A DNA stretch of 64,000 bases from the human T2T-CHM13v2.0 reference genome, Homo sapiens. The stretch lies in the NCBI RefSeq assembly GCF_009914755.1, contig NC_060937.1. One strand, written 5' to 3'. The notes beneath the pieces were generated by a model that made no database searches, was not told where the DNA came from, and saw only the letters and a program-made list of their open reading frames with translations. The translations under genes and the position numbers were made by a program. Numbering within the stretch: the stretch's first letter is position 1; the number at the start of each line of letters is the position of its first letter. Below, piece after piece: positions 31,261 through 47,678 of the stretch.

Positions 31261-34247
31261 TAGAGAGAATTTCTTGGTTAGGAGATGACTTTGAGAATTA
31301 AAATAATAGTCTATGAATTTTATTAATTTGTCTCCTACAAAGATATAACTTTCCCTTATAAATATTCCACTATTACTCTTTGAGATAATTTCAAAAGGCT
31401 ATGAGATAATTTCAAAAGGCCTAAAATTGTGCCATCTTATGAAGTACAGCTGCTTCATTTGTAAAACTAATATCTTGAGATTAGCCAAATTTTGTATGTA
31501 TATTTTGCTGTATGTTTCTAGAATTTGATAGGCACGATAATTAGATACTTCACATATACACAGATATTAATTCAAACTACATTCACAGATCATGTACATG
31601 GATATAGTTGGAGCATTTTAAATTTATCATTTTATATTAACTTATGGCTTTTGGTAATTGAAAAAATTATTGACAATTCCATATTATCATACTTGGAAAA
31701 ATATAAAATATCTATATATTCAGAATATATAAAAATAAATTATGAAAATGTATTTTCATTTATTTTATTTATTCAGAACGGATATTGAGTCCTATACGTA
31801 CCAGGCACTGTGCACAGCACACATTGCCTATACCCAAGAGGCTCACAGATGTAAGAGAAGACAAGCTAATACATGTATGATTACATCACACATCAATAAT
31901 GTTGGAAAAATCATTTCCAGGATACTATGGAAACACATGTCAGTGGCATCTGGCTTAATTTTGTGGATGTTATGTCTGAATCCTTAAAATGATGTTAATA
32001 GAATACATCTTTTGTGTGTTCCTAGTAATGTGAAGAGAGATTTTTCCCTAGACACTCCTGGTCTGGGAAAATACTCTTCTGAAATTCATTTATTATCCCT
32101 CTAAATGACAGTAAAATCAAAAAGTTATTGTCAGAGACTTCTTTGGCTTATTGACTTCTGCACCCTTAGGACTAATTCAATGAAAGGAGAAACTTAAATC
32201 CAAAATGTCCTTAAAGGCATAAACCCTCTGAAAATTCGCAAAAATTTCAAGGAAGATATGGTAACATCTAGATTGGGCTGGGTTGGTGTGATCTGGGTCT
32301 TGCAAAACAATGTTTTTCAGTAGATAGATGATAGGTAGGTAGACAGATAAAATCAGCTTATCCCATATAAATTGATAGAACTTTGAGGTCAAGTAGAAAC
32401 TTAGCATATATTAAAGAGGCCACATATTGGCATATATTAAAGAGGGAGTGAGTAAATAGCATCAAAGAGACAATGATGCAGGGAGTCTCCACTGAAATGG
32501 CAGTGACAGAATCTACCTATAATGCAGTAGGGGTAAGGTCGTAGAAACTAAGGTGGAGAAAAGGGATTAAGGAAGTTCAGAGATCTAAGAAATGTTGCTG
32601 TCATTATCTGTAGGATAAAATCCAAAGCAGTCTCCTGAGATAAAACATAGGCATATGAAATTAATTTGTTAATAAAGATGGAATGGTCTTTTTAAAGGTA
32701 TTTAACACTTAGGGATTAATTTCTTACTGGGAAAGTTTTATAATTTATGTCACAATTAATAAACAATAAGTGTAACTTTCTCAATGTACAATTGCCATCA
32801 CAGGTTACCTGTCTTGTAATTGAGTAAAGCTTTATCTATTATTTTTGTTAGTAAACTTTATATTTTTACAGTTAGTGAGATTAAATGTTTTATATTTTGG
32901 ACACTATTATTTTAAAAAGTCTGTTTACATAATTTGCCTACTTATAAATAGATTTTAGTTTTGTTTCCTTTTCAAATTTCAGGGCAAATGTTATCTACTA
33001 CTGAGTTAAATTTTAAGGGGGCATCACCTTTCTTAAATAAAAACTCCTAAATTTAACAGATAAGGAAATCAAGGCTTGTAGGTTCTTATAAATTTTGCAA
33101 TTAGGCACTAAGCTTGTATTTAAACTAAGTCTGAATAAGGAGATTAATACGATAATAAATTCAAACCCAAGTAATATGTTCTATTGTCATCTAGCCTCAT
33201 TATATATAAAGAATCACGACTCTTTTTTTAATAAACGTCTTTTTGTCAGTTTCTTATTTGCCTATTTTTGGAAATTTATATTTTTGTGCAGTACAGTTTG
33301 TTGAGTTTTCCTTTGTGATTTCTAAAATACACTTTTCCTTTTCTTATTAGTACAAGTTATGTTCTTATATTCACATTTTAATTCCTTTGGAAGATTTAAG
33401 AGTTTATTCCAACAAAACTTACTTTTCTCTCCATATTTGTGATATCACATTGACAGTATACTAAATATATGCATCCTGTTTTCATTGATCCTTTGCATGT
33501 AATTTTTATACAGTAATTGCTGATGAATTTGCATAGACCACTTATACTTTTTTGTATCCTTTATTAAAATTTTATTTTTTATTTTATTGTTTAAATGTGC
33601 CATAAAAGCTCAGGATAAAAAAATATATTTTTTAAGCTACAAGGATGGTGTACTCTTAAAATTGAAGCTATTTATTTGTCGTTTGAAATCTCATATGTAT
33701 TTTTAAATCTAGTTAATTTGTCAAAGACATATTGACTCAGCCATTTAGTCTGCACAACTTTCTCAGGATACTATTTTGTGGAATGGAAACACAACTACTA
33801 GGAAGGCAGATAGGCTGCCTGTCAAAAGTTTTATATTCCCTGGGCACAATGAAAAGATAAACAAAACCAAAGATTTGTAATAATCATTACAAGGTAGTTG
33901 AGTTGTTTTTTCTGTTTTGTATTGTTTAAATGTTCTTATATTAATATTATAATTACATTTGTTTATGAGATAATTTCACTTGATAGCCCAGATTTTTATT
34001 TATTGTTTTGTTTTACTTCTGGGGTTGTTCTTGGAAACTATGTATATTTCTCTATGGCTTACGATACAATTTAAGAATTGTTTTCATTAGTAATGTATTC
34101 AATTGAGTTTAAATACTAATTATGCATTATTCTCTTTAGACTTCAGAGAATAAGTGCAGAGGAAAAACCAGGGTAGTGAGAATGAAGCAATGAAATTTTC
34201 ATTAGCATGTTCGAAAAGTATTATGAAGGTTCTGAACATTTTGTGGA

Positions 34248-34640
34248 TGTATCAGTCTGCTGGGCCTGCTGTAACAAAATATCACAGGCTGGGCGGCTTA
34301 AACAACAGAAATTTATTTCCCACAGTTCTGGAGGCTGGATATCCAAGATCAAGGTCCTGCAGGGTTGAATTTCTGGTGAGGGTTCTCTTCCTGCCTTGTA
34401 GATGTCCACTTTGTCTTCACATGGCCTTTCTTCTTAGTGCATGCCAGCAGAGAGAAAGGAAACAAGCCCTCTGGTGTCTCTTCTAAAAATGACTCTAATT
34501 CCATTAGGTTAGGGCCTTTAGTTATGATCTCTTTTAATAAAAATTATGTCCTTATAGTGCCCAGCTCCAAATGCAGCCATGGTGACATTTAAGGCTTCAA
34601 CATATGAATTTGGAAAGACATGAACATTCAATTCATAACA
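34248..34640 (-). mobile_element. MLT1A-type MaLR solo LTR
   Basis: TGTATCAGTCTGCT...GGCTTAAACAACAGAAATTTATTTCCCACAGTTCTGGAGGCTGG...CATAACA. Flanks GTGGA/GTGGT are a near-TSD. Confidence 0.85.
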
Positions 34641-34920
34641 GTGGTATAGGACCTAAATTTGGGGAGAACTTTCCTAATGATTAAGGCAAAAATAAAATAT
34701 TATTATTTGCATAATTCACAATAATCCTAAAAATATAACAGTGACTTAGTCAAACTAAAACTATTCCATATACTGTAGCCATTGAACTGTCATTTATGAC
34801 CACAGCATTTGATACAATGAAGTAATGCTGAAATCAGAATTAGCCAGAAATGCTTTTAGAATACACATTTCAAATTCTCAATTTGTTTTCCAGAGTAATC
34901 TCATTAAAAGTATATGCATA

Positions 34921-35246
<326 letters not shown>

Positions 35247-37409
35247 TTAAATGTTTGTGTTCAAAGTATAATAAAGTCTACCATGGATTGCCTTTAAAAA
35301 ATTGTCAATTGACTTTTGTAGATGATAGGACTTATTATCTATTATCCATTAATAAGCATTTCAAAATTAAACTGTATTTTTTATATCAAACACAATTCTT
35401 AATTTTTGAACTCTGGGTAAATGAAGAGAGGAAGAAGAGTGACTTATAATTATTTACATATATAGTTTTCTTTTGAAACTATCTTTAATGTATTTATAAA
35501 TAAAATACCTTTTTATTTAGAATACTATCAGAATAGTTAAAACTAGATTTTTTTTTTTTTACATGTATTCATGAAAAACACAGGCACACACACTGGGATC
35601 AGAGATTTACTAAGGTGGGAAATCATGTTCACACATATAACTTTATATAAGCTATTAAAAGACAATAGCTTTCACATTCTATATCTATAGTTCTTTATAA
35701 AACGTTAATTTAATTACTGGCACATTAATTAAATTAACATCTTGTAGTACTGAAATTTCAGTATTGGCACACCCACTAACTCTTAGTTAACTAAAGTATT
35801 TGATTACATATATTTCACATTCCTCACTAACAATGTAAGTTAAACAATACATGAGAGACAGAGAGGGGAATATCATAAATGTCATTATTAATTATATTAT
35901 GTCAATTTTGATGAAATTCCTTTAAATTTATCAGGAAGTAAAATAGTGAATTCCACACTGATACATCACATTGGTTTTTAAAACATTTACAATTAATGTA
36001 TTAAAAATGTTGTTAAATTTTAGTTTAGTTTATTTTGTCCTAGAAAAACACTTCATAATGGCTCTGAATTCATTATTCAAACTACTCCTCATAGTCTCCA
36101 TATGATAAATTTGATATACACAATTACTGCATGCAATATAAGCAGAATTTGGCTAATATAATCTGTATACAAAAAATGATTGAATATAGCAAATTAGTTT
36201 GGAGAAATTCTCAGGAAAATAAAACCATTTATAAAAATGTTAATGTTAACTTTTTGAATATGACCACTACAAAATTTTACTGTTTTTTTTTAAACAGACA
36301 TAGATCAACTTATCTTTTCCTCTATTCTTTAAAATTTGAAAATTAATTTATCCATTTCAGAGTGCTAATATTATCTATATGCTCTGTCTGTTGGAGAAAA
36401 TATGTGAGTAGAATAGATAGTGTACACTGGGAGGAGAGTGCAAAGGGATGCAAGCCGATGCTGTCAGAACCAACCAGAAGAGGCCAAGATCCTATAAAAT
36501 ATAATGTACTAAAACAAAGGTGCACTTAATTATGGCTACGTGATACCAGTCGGTGTACTGCATATCTGTAATCATAAAAAAATGCAACATATTTTAATTG
36601 ATATAAATTTACTATTTTTTATCACTGTTAACTAGATGTTTTAATTACAAGTTGAATAGATGAGAAAAGTAGACTCTTTAAAATAAATAGGAATTTTAAG
36701 ATTTAAATTTTTTAAATGTCTACAATACTAAAACGTTATCAGTACTGTTCTGATCACATGACAGTTTGTAGAATATAATGATATACATAAATTTACTTAG
36801 TTGATTGTTTATTCTATAAAATGTTATCTTTTAAATTTCTTTATTTAAAAAATATTTTAAGTTTTTAAATAATGATTTTTAATGCCTGTAATAGTTAAAT
36901 GACATCAGTACTATTTTGAACACGTTATTGTAGAGTATCAATGGAATGAATAAATTTATTCAGTTGCTTTGTTCATCTTATAAAATGTTATAAAATTTTT
37001 ATTTCATTTATAATGTTTCCATATTTTCAGGTGAAAACTAAGTTATCACCTTTTATCTAAATTTTAAATTAAAAGAAATGTTTTAATTTCATTTTGAAAA
37101 GTTTTCGATAGTTTACTTTTTTGTTTGTTTTTGATGGATAATTGTTAATAGTTTACACTATTCATTAAATCATATCATTATATTAGCCATCTCTAAAACT
37201 ATATCTGAGTATAGGGAGAAAAATTTACAAAATAAAGATGGGAAATCAGTAAGGTAAAATTAGATTTTTCACAATTACATTGAGCTTAGGAAAAATATTA
37301 TGTCATAAATATAGGTCTTAAAATACACAAATCATATACTATATTTAAATTAAGAACTCATGAGTACAATCTTCATTTAGGATGCACCAAGTAATACTAA
37401 CACACGAGA

Positions 37410-39170
<1,761 letters not shown>

Positions 39171-39174
39171 TAAA

Positions 39175-39965
39175 AAACTAAAAAATGGGCAAAGGACTTG
39201 AATAGACATTTCTCTAAAGATTATATAAAAATAGCCAGCAAGCAATGATTGGGGAAATGCAAATTAAAATCACAAGGCAATAGCTATCATCTTATGCCCA
39301 TTATGAAGACTACTTCCAGAAAAGAAAAAAATATGTTGACAAGGATATTCTGCACACAGTTGGTGGGCATGCTAAATGGTGTGGCCCCTATGGAAAACAA
39401 TATGGTGCTTCCTAAGAAAAAAACCAAAAACAATTTCAATTACCACATGACCCAGCAATTCCACTTTTGTTATATATGGTTAAAAGGATTAAAAGCAGCA
39501 TCTTGAAGAGATATTTGCACATCAATATTTGTAGCAGCATTATTCACAAAAGAAGTGAAAACAACCAGTGTCCATGCGTAGATGAATGGATTAAAAAATA
39601 TTGCATACACAGCCAATACAATTTTGCTCAGCCTTAAAACAGGACATTCTGTCATATACTACAACATAGATTAACTTGGAGGCATTATGTGAAGTAAAAT
39701 ATAGTAGTTACAAAAATTACTGTATAATTCCAGTTACATATCGCCTCTACAGTAATCAAATTCGTAGAAACAAAAAGTAGAATGTGGTTGCCAGGGGCTG
39801 GAGGGAGAGGAAGAAAGGGACTTGTTGAATGAGTATAGAGGTTCAGTTTTGCAAATCAGTTGGCTGCACAACAATGTGAATATGCTTAACACTACTGAAT
39901 GTACACTTGGAAATACCTGAAGATTGTAAATTTGATGTTGCACGTTTTTCACCAGAATGTAAAAA
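39175..39965 (+). mobile_element. L1MB-type 3' fragment
   Basis: AAAAATGGGCAAAGGACTTGAATAGACATTTCTC...AAAGTAGAATG.GGTTGCCAGGGGCTGG...ACTGAATGTACACTT. Confidence 0.75.
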
Positions 39966-40454
39966 TAATCATTGATATTACCCTATTATTTTTTAGCTAT
40001 AATGGCATCATTTTCTGAAATAAACTGTGTCTAATACATTTGACCATGTGTTCATTTTGAGAAAATTCAAATTTCCTAATGTTTCCTTGAGACAAACTGT
40101 TTCTTAATATTTTCCTTGGTTGTTAGATTTCAAATATTTTTGGCTACCTAACAATAAAAGTCAATTCCATAGTTTTCATTGTTTTTTTAATAAAAGAAGG
40201 TTTTCTTGCCTCTTCTAGCTGCTACAGTAGTCTCAGCACTCTTATTAAGCAATGTGTGTTTTCTGGGCACCAATGATAACTGTCTCAAGTGGGTGAATAC
40301 AGAAGAAACAATAATTAAAATTACATTTGGTGTCAGCATAGTATTATGTTTTTATGGAGATACATACTTCTTTAAATTTGAAAATCAGACAATATAATTG
40401 CCTGTCTCTGCAAGTATATACCTTGTTGACTTTATCCTTACATTCGATTTAAAA

Positions 40455-40534
40455 TTTATTAAAAATACACTGATAAATGCAAATTTTTTGATCATTTATT
40501 AATTGTAATTAAAATTTACATGGGCCTATTTATT
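40455..40534 (-). terminator. KLHL1: KLHL1 polyadenylation signal cluster (3 x AATAAA)
   Basis: TTTATT on the + strand at 40455-40460, 40495-40500 and 40529-40534. TGTA motifs lie nearby on the minus strand, and a U/GU-rich element (TTTATCAGTGTATTTTT) follows the middle signal. Confidence 0.7.
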
Positions 40535-41582
40535 AAGGACATTGTGTAATGTTTCCACTTTGTTTTAAACAATTACAAACATGTGGCTTAAAATAATGTA
40601 CAGATCAATGTAACAAGTTTGAAAAATGGGCGATGAGAATATGAAGTCTGCCTTCTTTCTAGCAATAATCATAAACACTCCAACTTAATGGATCATATGT
40701 TTTTCTTTTGAAATTCTAAGTTTGTTTAAGAACAAAATTCTAAAGGAGTTCAACATGCAATGGATATATATATCATTCAGAATCACTAGCTTCCATGCTT
40801 ACACTGAACTCAACATAAGGCAAAAGCCCAATAATTACACTGCATCTTTGGCTCAGTGTGTTAAAAAAGCAAAGCAAAATGGTAAGCCTAGTGAAAACAA
40901 TCCTTTGTGTTTGCCAGTTTCAGATTGCCAATATGGTTGCAATAAAATTCAACCATTATCTCTGATGAGATATGCAGCTTTGATTAGTAGGACAGTTTGT
41001 TTTCTGAATGCAAGATACAAGCATGAATCTGTTCCTCTAATTGTTCTCATAGCTTAGGAAAATGAGGCAGAAGCAGGTTTGTTTGAATAAAGCATAATTC
41101 TGCTTCCCGTTATGACCACATATGATTAGAAAAACAGTAAACCAATCAGATACTGTCAGATGAAATATTCTGTCTTCTACTCTTGGCAATCTCTTGGATA
41201 TTGCCATAGACTATAAAATGATTGAATGAGTTGTGGTCATGAAACTATCCATGTCACAAATATTGGTCTCTCCTTTCAACTGCTCAAGAAAAAACAAGCC
41301 TTTGGTAACTCTAGTTATTGTATGCTATAATACAAAACAAATTACCAATAACCATTCCCGAACTAACTAACATATGGCCAGACATTTTTCCTGTATAAGT
41401 TTAATGTTTTCTTGTTTCCTACTATTCTGTTTGATCTACTAACTCTTTCAACATCAGTAGGTAACGCTACAGAGATCCTTGTTCTTGAAGAGTTTTCATC
41501 TCTGGAAGTTCTCATTCTTGCCATTCAATATAAAAATAACCACTCCAGCAAGTAAAATCTTTCCAAGTAAAATATCAATAAG
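40475..41582 (-). other. KLHL1: KLHL1 3' UTR (~1.1 kb; 3' end approximate)
   Basis: Repeat-free AU-rich sequence between the TGA stop and the AATAAA cluster. Confidence 0.7.
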
Positions 41583-41642
41583 TCAAGGTTGCTTGATGAC
41601 TACCACACAGGCACCTGCTCTCCCAATATTCAAGGAAGCCAT
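41583..41642 (-). CDS. KLHL1: KLHL1 last coding exon (MASLNIGRAGACVVVIKQP*)
   Basis: Acceptor TTTCATCTTTTTTAACAG|ATGGCTTCC, phase 0, matching the previous exon; TGA at 41585-41583. Kelch-closing motif R-AG-CV. Too short for the ORF track. Confidence 0.95.
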   Translation of the reverse strand: MASLNIGRAGACVVVIKQP

Positions 41643-42987
41643 CTGTTAAAAAAGATGAAACACAACTTAAGACAAGTTTTCATAGAAAAATATAAAACTT
41701 ATATTTTAAAAGATTATCTACATGAAAATCATAAATAAATGTGCTTGTTTTCCCATTTTAGCCAGAAGTAGTACAGTAAAAATGAAAACACTGAAAATGG
41801 CATTTTAAAAAAGCCATGATTTGTATATTGAAAATTTTTAGGCCTACAATTTTTATGGAGTTTTAAAAACAGTAATAAAACATTTAATGATTTTTATTGA
41901 AATTAACCTGCTATAGAAAAGTTTCCATCAAAGCTCTATTCTGGAGTTTGCATGGACACATTTGTGATAATATTTCATAGTGATAGCTTGGAGTATATTT
42001 TAGATGAAATAGCTATTACACTTACTGCAATGATTTTGAAGTTATTTCCCCAGATATTGTATTGAATTTAATGTGTTATTCATTCACTCTAGACAGAGAC
42101 ATACAATGAAATAAATTCAATATTTTGTCATAAATAGGCCATAATTATAATTGCTATATGCTTATTAAAAATTTTCCATCTTATGACAATCACTGAAATG
42201 AGAACTGAGTATTTTTTAATAATGCTGAATATGAAAATAGTTAGAAATATATTAAAAACAATAATTTTTACAGAGTTTGTAATGAAAATTTATTCTTTGG
42301 AGACAAGCCAACATTTTGATAATTTGAGCTTTTTGATATCAATAATTTTTATTACAGTTTTCTAAGAATATCAGGGTAGACTAGAAATTACATGATATTA
42401 TTTCAGAGTGAAAAGAAAGTGTATAAAATGTAAGAAATAAAATAGCTGCAGACAAAGTAGCCTCAAATCACATGCATTATCTTATTGATTGAAAAAGGAC
42501 ATATTCTTATGCTCTAAACATGAAAATTACCTCCATTTTCTACCAGTTATTTTGAATGTATTTATTGTTACCCATCATCCACTGTAGGTTAAAAAAATCC
42601 ACATGCTATTTATTTTTTATTCTTTTAATGGATTATTTGTAAAAGCTAATTTAATGTAACATCACTTGTCTTCCTCATAGAATTATTGCATAAAATGAGA
42701 GTAGGGAAGGAGCATGTGAATATATTCGTGACGTATTTGTGTGAAGAATAATTTTTATAGGTCACCACTCTTATCTTCGTAATCACATCTTGTACTGTTA
42801 TCTCCATGAGAGAGATGAGTGAATACAGTATCAGGAGACAATATGTTAATCCCACAGCATCAATGTATGCAAACCTAAGTTTACCTGACTCCAAAATGCA
42901 TGTACTTTCCCTGGTCTTTCTTTTATTATCTGATGATTTTCATGGATTGTCTCACATCAGAGTCATTTAAGAAGCATTTACAAAATA

Positions 42988-43842
42988 CAGTCATGCACTG
43001 CATAGCTGTATTTTCATCCTTGAGGTTCAGGTCATGGATGAACCACATATACAATGGTGGTCCCATAAGATTATAATGGAGCTGAAAAATTCCATCGTCT
43101 GGTAATGTCATAGCCCTCTTAACATGAAAGCACAACGCATTACTCAAATGTCTGTGGTGAAACTGGTGTAAACAAACCTGTTGTACCGCTTTTTTGAAAA
43201 TGGAAAAAAGCTCATAGAATAAGGATATAAAGAAAAAAAATTATACAGCTGGACAATGTGTTTGTGCTTTAATGTAACTATTACTATAAAAGAGTCAAAA
43301 AGTTTTTAAAAATTTAAGAGTTTAAAAAGTAAAAAAAAAAATTACAGTAAGCTAAGGTTAATTTATTATTAAAGAAAGAAAAATATTTTAAAATAAGTTT
43401 AGTGTAGCCTAAGTGTAGAGAGTTTTTTAAGTCTGCAGTAGCATATAGTAATGTCCAAGCCCCTCATTTTCACTCATGACTCTGTCACTGACTCACCCAG
43501 GGCAATTTCTAGTCCTGCAAGCTTCATTCAGGTTAAATAAAAGAGGTGTGTACCACTTTTTATCTTTTATACCATATTTCTACAGTACCTTTACTATGTT
43601 TAGATATGTTCGATACACAAACAAACACCATTCTGTTGCAATTACCTAGAATACTCATTACGGTAACATACTTATATAGCTTTGTAACCTAGGAGCAATA
43701 GGTTATATCATACAGCCTCAGTGTGTAGTAGGCCATACCATCTGGGTTGGTCTAAGTATACTTTGTAATACGTGCACAATGATGAAATTGCCTAAGGATG
43801 AATTTCTCAGATTGTATTTCATTTTTAAGGAACGCATGACTG
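42988..43842 (+). mobile_element. Tigger3-family (MER7/Golem) non-autonomous DNA transposon
   Basis: TIRs CAGTCATGC...GCATGACTG flanked by TA on both sides. Contains GGTGGTCCCATAAGATTATAATGGAGCTGAAAAATTCC. Confidence 0.9.
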
Positions 43843-46800
43843 TATATGTTCACAAGCCCTATCACTAAATGGAAATGGGATTATATTGGGTAATTGTATT
43901 TTTGGCAACTTTCCCAAAGGCTCCCTGATGTCCATTCAATACTCAGTACTGTGTACTGGACTACATATAGAGTGAGTAGCTTAACTTTATATCTTCATCT
44001 ACATTTATACCTCTATCTCTATAGATGCATGTGTGTATGTGTGCATGTGAAAATGAATCCTTTCTGTTTTTTCAAAAAACAAAATGTGATATTCCCCTTG
44101 TGTTTCTTATGTCAGTGAATGACACCCCTCTCCATCCAGTTGTTCAAGATAGAATCCTTGACCCTTCTTTTTACCTTACTCAACTCTAAATCTGAATCAG
44201 CAAGCCCTCTAAATATCTCTCCAACAAGTTTAATTCTATCCATTTATTCAGTCTTCCACATAGCTCAGGTTACATAATGTAAACCACATCTATCTCTCAA
44301 AACTTAACAATTCTGTTTCTTGCTCAGTGAGACATACCACGTGTTCTTCCTCTGGCTCTTACCAATGATGTTCCTTAAGCCAAAGCACTCCACATATTTT
44401 CATCTGGTTAGCTATTACTCATTTGTCAGGCCTCATTCCACATATTTCCTGAAAGAAGATTTCTCTGCCCAGTGCACTTAAGTTCTATCATAGTGCTATT
44501 CTCTTACCAAATAATTAATCATGCTATTTTAAACATTTGGTATTTTTCCACATAAGTACATTTTCAATGTTTAAGAAAAGTTTTCCTTCTTTTCTCTTGG
44601 TCCAGATTTATTTAATATACATTTTTAAAAATCTGCCTTTGTTCTCCCTCCAGGGGTTGTACCTTTCAGCATGAGTAATATGATAACCTAAAAAGGTTGG
44701 CCACAGAACCAATGAAATAAAAGTAACGCTGAATGTAGATATTTCACCAGGCTTCTCTGTAACAAAATTCTCAATATATCATTATCAATATATCTTATAT
44801 ATCTATTGTCTACAAATAAATGAAATGCATACACAAAAAGTACACTTAGTTGCAACAATAGTTCTCAATTTATTTGAGATACATTCATATTACCTCCTAC
44901 TCCCAGCCAGAAACTATACTAGTCTTTAGAGACAGGTTAATAAATGACACATTGTCTTTGATTCCTTATGACCTGTAGATGAATGCAGCATGATAGTACT
45001 ATGGCAGTATACCAAGATAATACATTATTAAAGGGCAATTTTACTTAGGCTAGGAGAAATGGAATAAAGTTCTCTTTATGTCTTGAAGCACGTGCATTAT
45101 TTTTTTCAAATCAAACACAAAAAATAAGCTCGGTGTTCAATGACAAAAGTCAAATTTATTTAAAACATACATAGATACACACGTGTATCTATACATATGG
45201 TGTGTGTATGCATTCTCTGTAAAACAAAAGCACAAAACTGTTAATCGATTCCTAATCTATTTCCAACTCAAGCTAAACTGAGTTTTTTTCCAAATATTCA
45301 CATATTTGGATATTTTAATATAGTTTGCTTATTTAATAATCAGCCATTTGTGGCTGCTAATATTATATGGAATAACCAATTTAGTCCACTTACAGGACAT
45401 ATGGAGTGAAAGTGACAGGAATTTAGCAAATATGGAAAACTTTTCAAGTAGGCTAGAATCCTGAAAATTTTTAAAGGGATTTTGTGTGGGTTGGCTGCTC
45501 ATCCCTTGAGAGTCTTAAAAATATAAATAATGAGAAGATACAGAAGCAAAATCTTAAAGTAACTTAACAGTTTTAAATTTAATGTTTACTGTATTAAAAT
45601 AAAGTTGTTATAAAATATTTTAAATGCCACTTTGCTGTTTGTAAAATACTATATGATCCAAAAAAGTATAATAAAATACAGATGAAGGAAAATGATCTTT
45701 AGGAGTCTTTTACCTATTACTACCTACTACATATATTGTTTTGATTTCAATTTTAGAGGATGATAAGCATAATGTCTCTTTATTATAAATATGTATTCAG
45801 ATATTATATTACATCATTTATATAAACATAAACTTCCTTTATTTAATGTTCTTTTAAGTGGAACATTTAAAATACACACCATTTAACTAGTACATTTCCT
45901 TAGCAAGTCAGCAATCATTAATTAATGCATGCAGGGTTTGCTTTGGAAACACTAGGGACTCAGAAAGGTACAGTCAAAATATATCCTTCGAAATTTTAGT
46001 GCAATAATGTGAAAAGCAATCATTACTTGCTTTTATTTTTTTTTTACATACAGTGCTCTCTGAATAAGAAATGCTTCTTCTCTAGCAATTAAAATGTAGA
46101 AAATAACAAGACTTAGATCTCTTGATATTTCCCCTTCTTTTCTCTACTCCTTCTTTTTACTTACTTGGCTAAATGTACCTATTTTTGGTGAAGTCAAGAG
46201 TTTTCCTTTAGAGGAGAAGAAATTCATAATGCAGATACCTTAGTCTAGCCATTAGGAATTTGGTTTTGTACTCCGAAGTTAGTCTGACTAAAAAATATTG
46301 TTGCTGAATGCATACCATCAAAACTTGCAAAATCAAGGAAATCATGTTTCATTAAAAGTAAATATCTTTAAAACAAATGTACTTTAATCAGGTGTTCAAG
46401 TTCTTTAGATAAATTGTAGTCAATTTCTTTGACCAAAATCAGATCCTTCCACCCACTGAGGCAATATGAGGAGATGTGGTTATTATTCTGCTTCAATTAA
46501 ATAAAGCTTTAGAGCTGCACTGCACTCCTAGATGGAAACTATTTATTTGAACAGTATCTTACTTTTAGATTTCTGGTAAAAGCGAGAAATAATAGAAATA
46601 TTGAGAGATTTGGAGAAGAATGAAAGTAAAGAGAAATCTAATATGTAAGGACACAAGTCAGAGTGTATCGATTCCCTCCATCATAAGCAAGGCCACAGTA
46701 GCTATGCAGCTAAGATGTTTTTCACTGTAATTAGTTTGCCCTGGCCTCATCTTCCCATCACACACACACACCAACACACATCCTCTAGTTATGTGATTAC

Positions 46801-47506
46801 AATGGGAGCTGCTTCATTCTAGCATGATCCTGAGTCTCTAACTACAGTGTGTATGTAAGGCATAATGCCTCACCTAAGATAAACCAGTCATGTTACTCCA
46901 ACTTCCTGGACAAAATGATTGACAAGGAGTGAGCACTCACTACATGACAGGCTATGCAAAGCCCTTTCCTGTTTATTCTTTTAATTGAACTGGGATTTTT
47001 AAAAGGTTAGTTTCTGTTTATGGCTGTGGGGATTACTACTTGGACTTTCCAGCAGCACCACCAGGTGAAAAATTCTCTCTGCAACAGATAAAAATGGACC
47101 TAATAAGCAGTAACAAAAATGAATGCCAGGAAGGTTGATTTCTGCAGCCTTTATATTGTTTCTAAAACCAAACATTATAAGTTAAGGTTTTGTGAACCAA
47201 TATATTACACTTTTATTTTTTGCTTCAGGTAACTCAAATTCAGATTCTGTTTCTTGTTGTGGAAAATGAAAATCTTATTAAGTATGTATGTCACTTTTTA
47301 ATATACATTTTATTGGTATTTTAGTAATAAAAGTACACAAGAATGTATAATGAACTTTTTACAAAATCAACACAATATTGGATAAAAACAATCATTTTTG
47401 GTTTAGGGTAATTAGACTAGATTACTGTTTGTATACCCCTCCTCCACAGAAAGTAAATGAAATAAATTCTTATCCTTGAAGTGAATTATGCTGATGACAA
47501 TCTTAC

Positions 47507-47678
47507 CTGTGTCCACTCATTAGTTTGTGGGTCATAGGATTCCATAGTGTTGAGGTATGTCTGTCCATCATAGCCACCAACAGCATATAATCTGTCACCA
47601 AGGAGACAGACCCCAACAGCATCTCTGGGCATACTCAAAGGAGCCACCATGGTCCAAGTGTCTGTTTTGGGATCATAT
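47507..47678 (-). CDS. KLHL1: KLHL1 penultimate exon (kelch repeats; [57 protein letters not shown])
   Basis: TTTTAG|A TAT GAT ... ACACAG|GTAAGA. 172 nt, phase 2 to phase 0. Kelch GG..Y..W signature. Confidence 0.96.
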
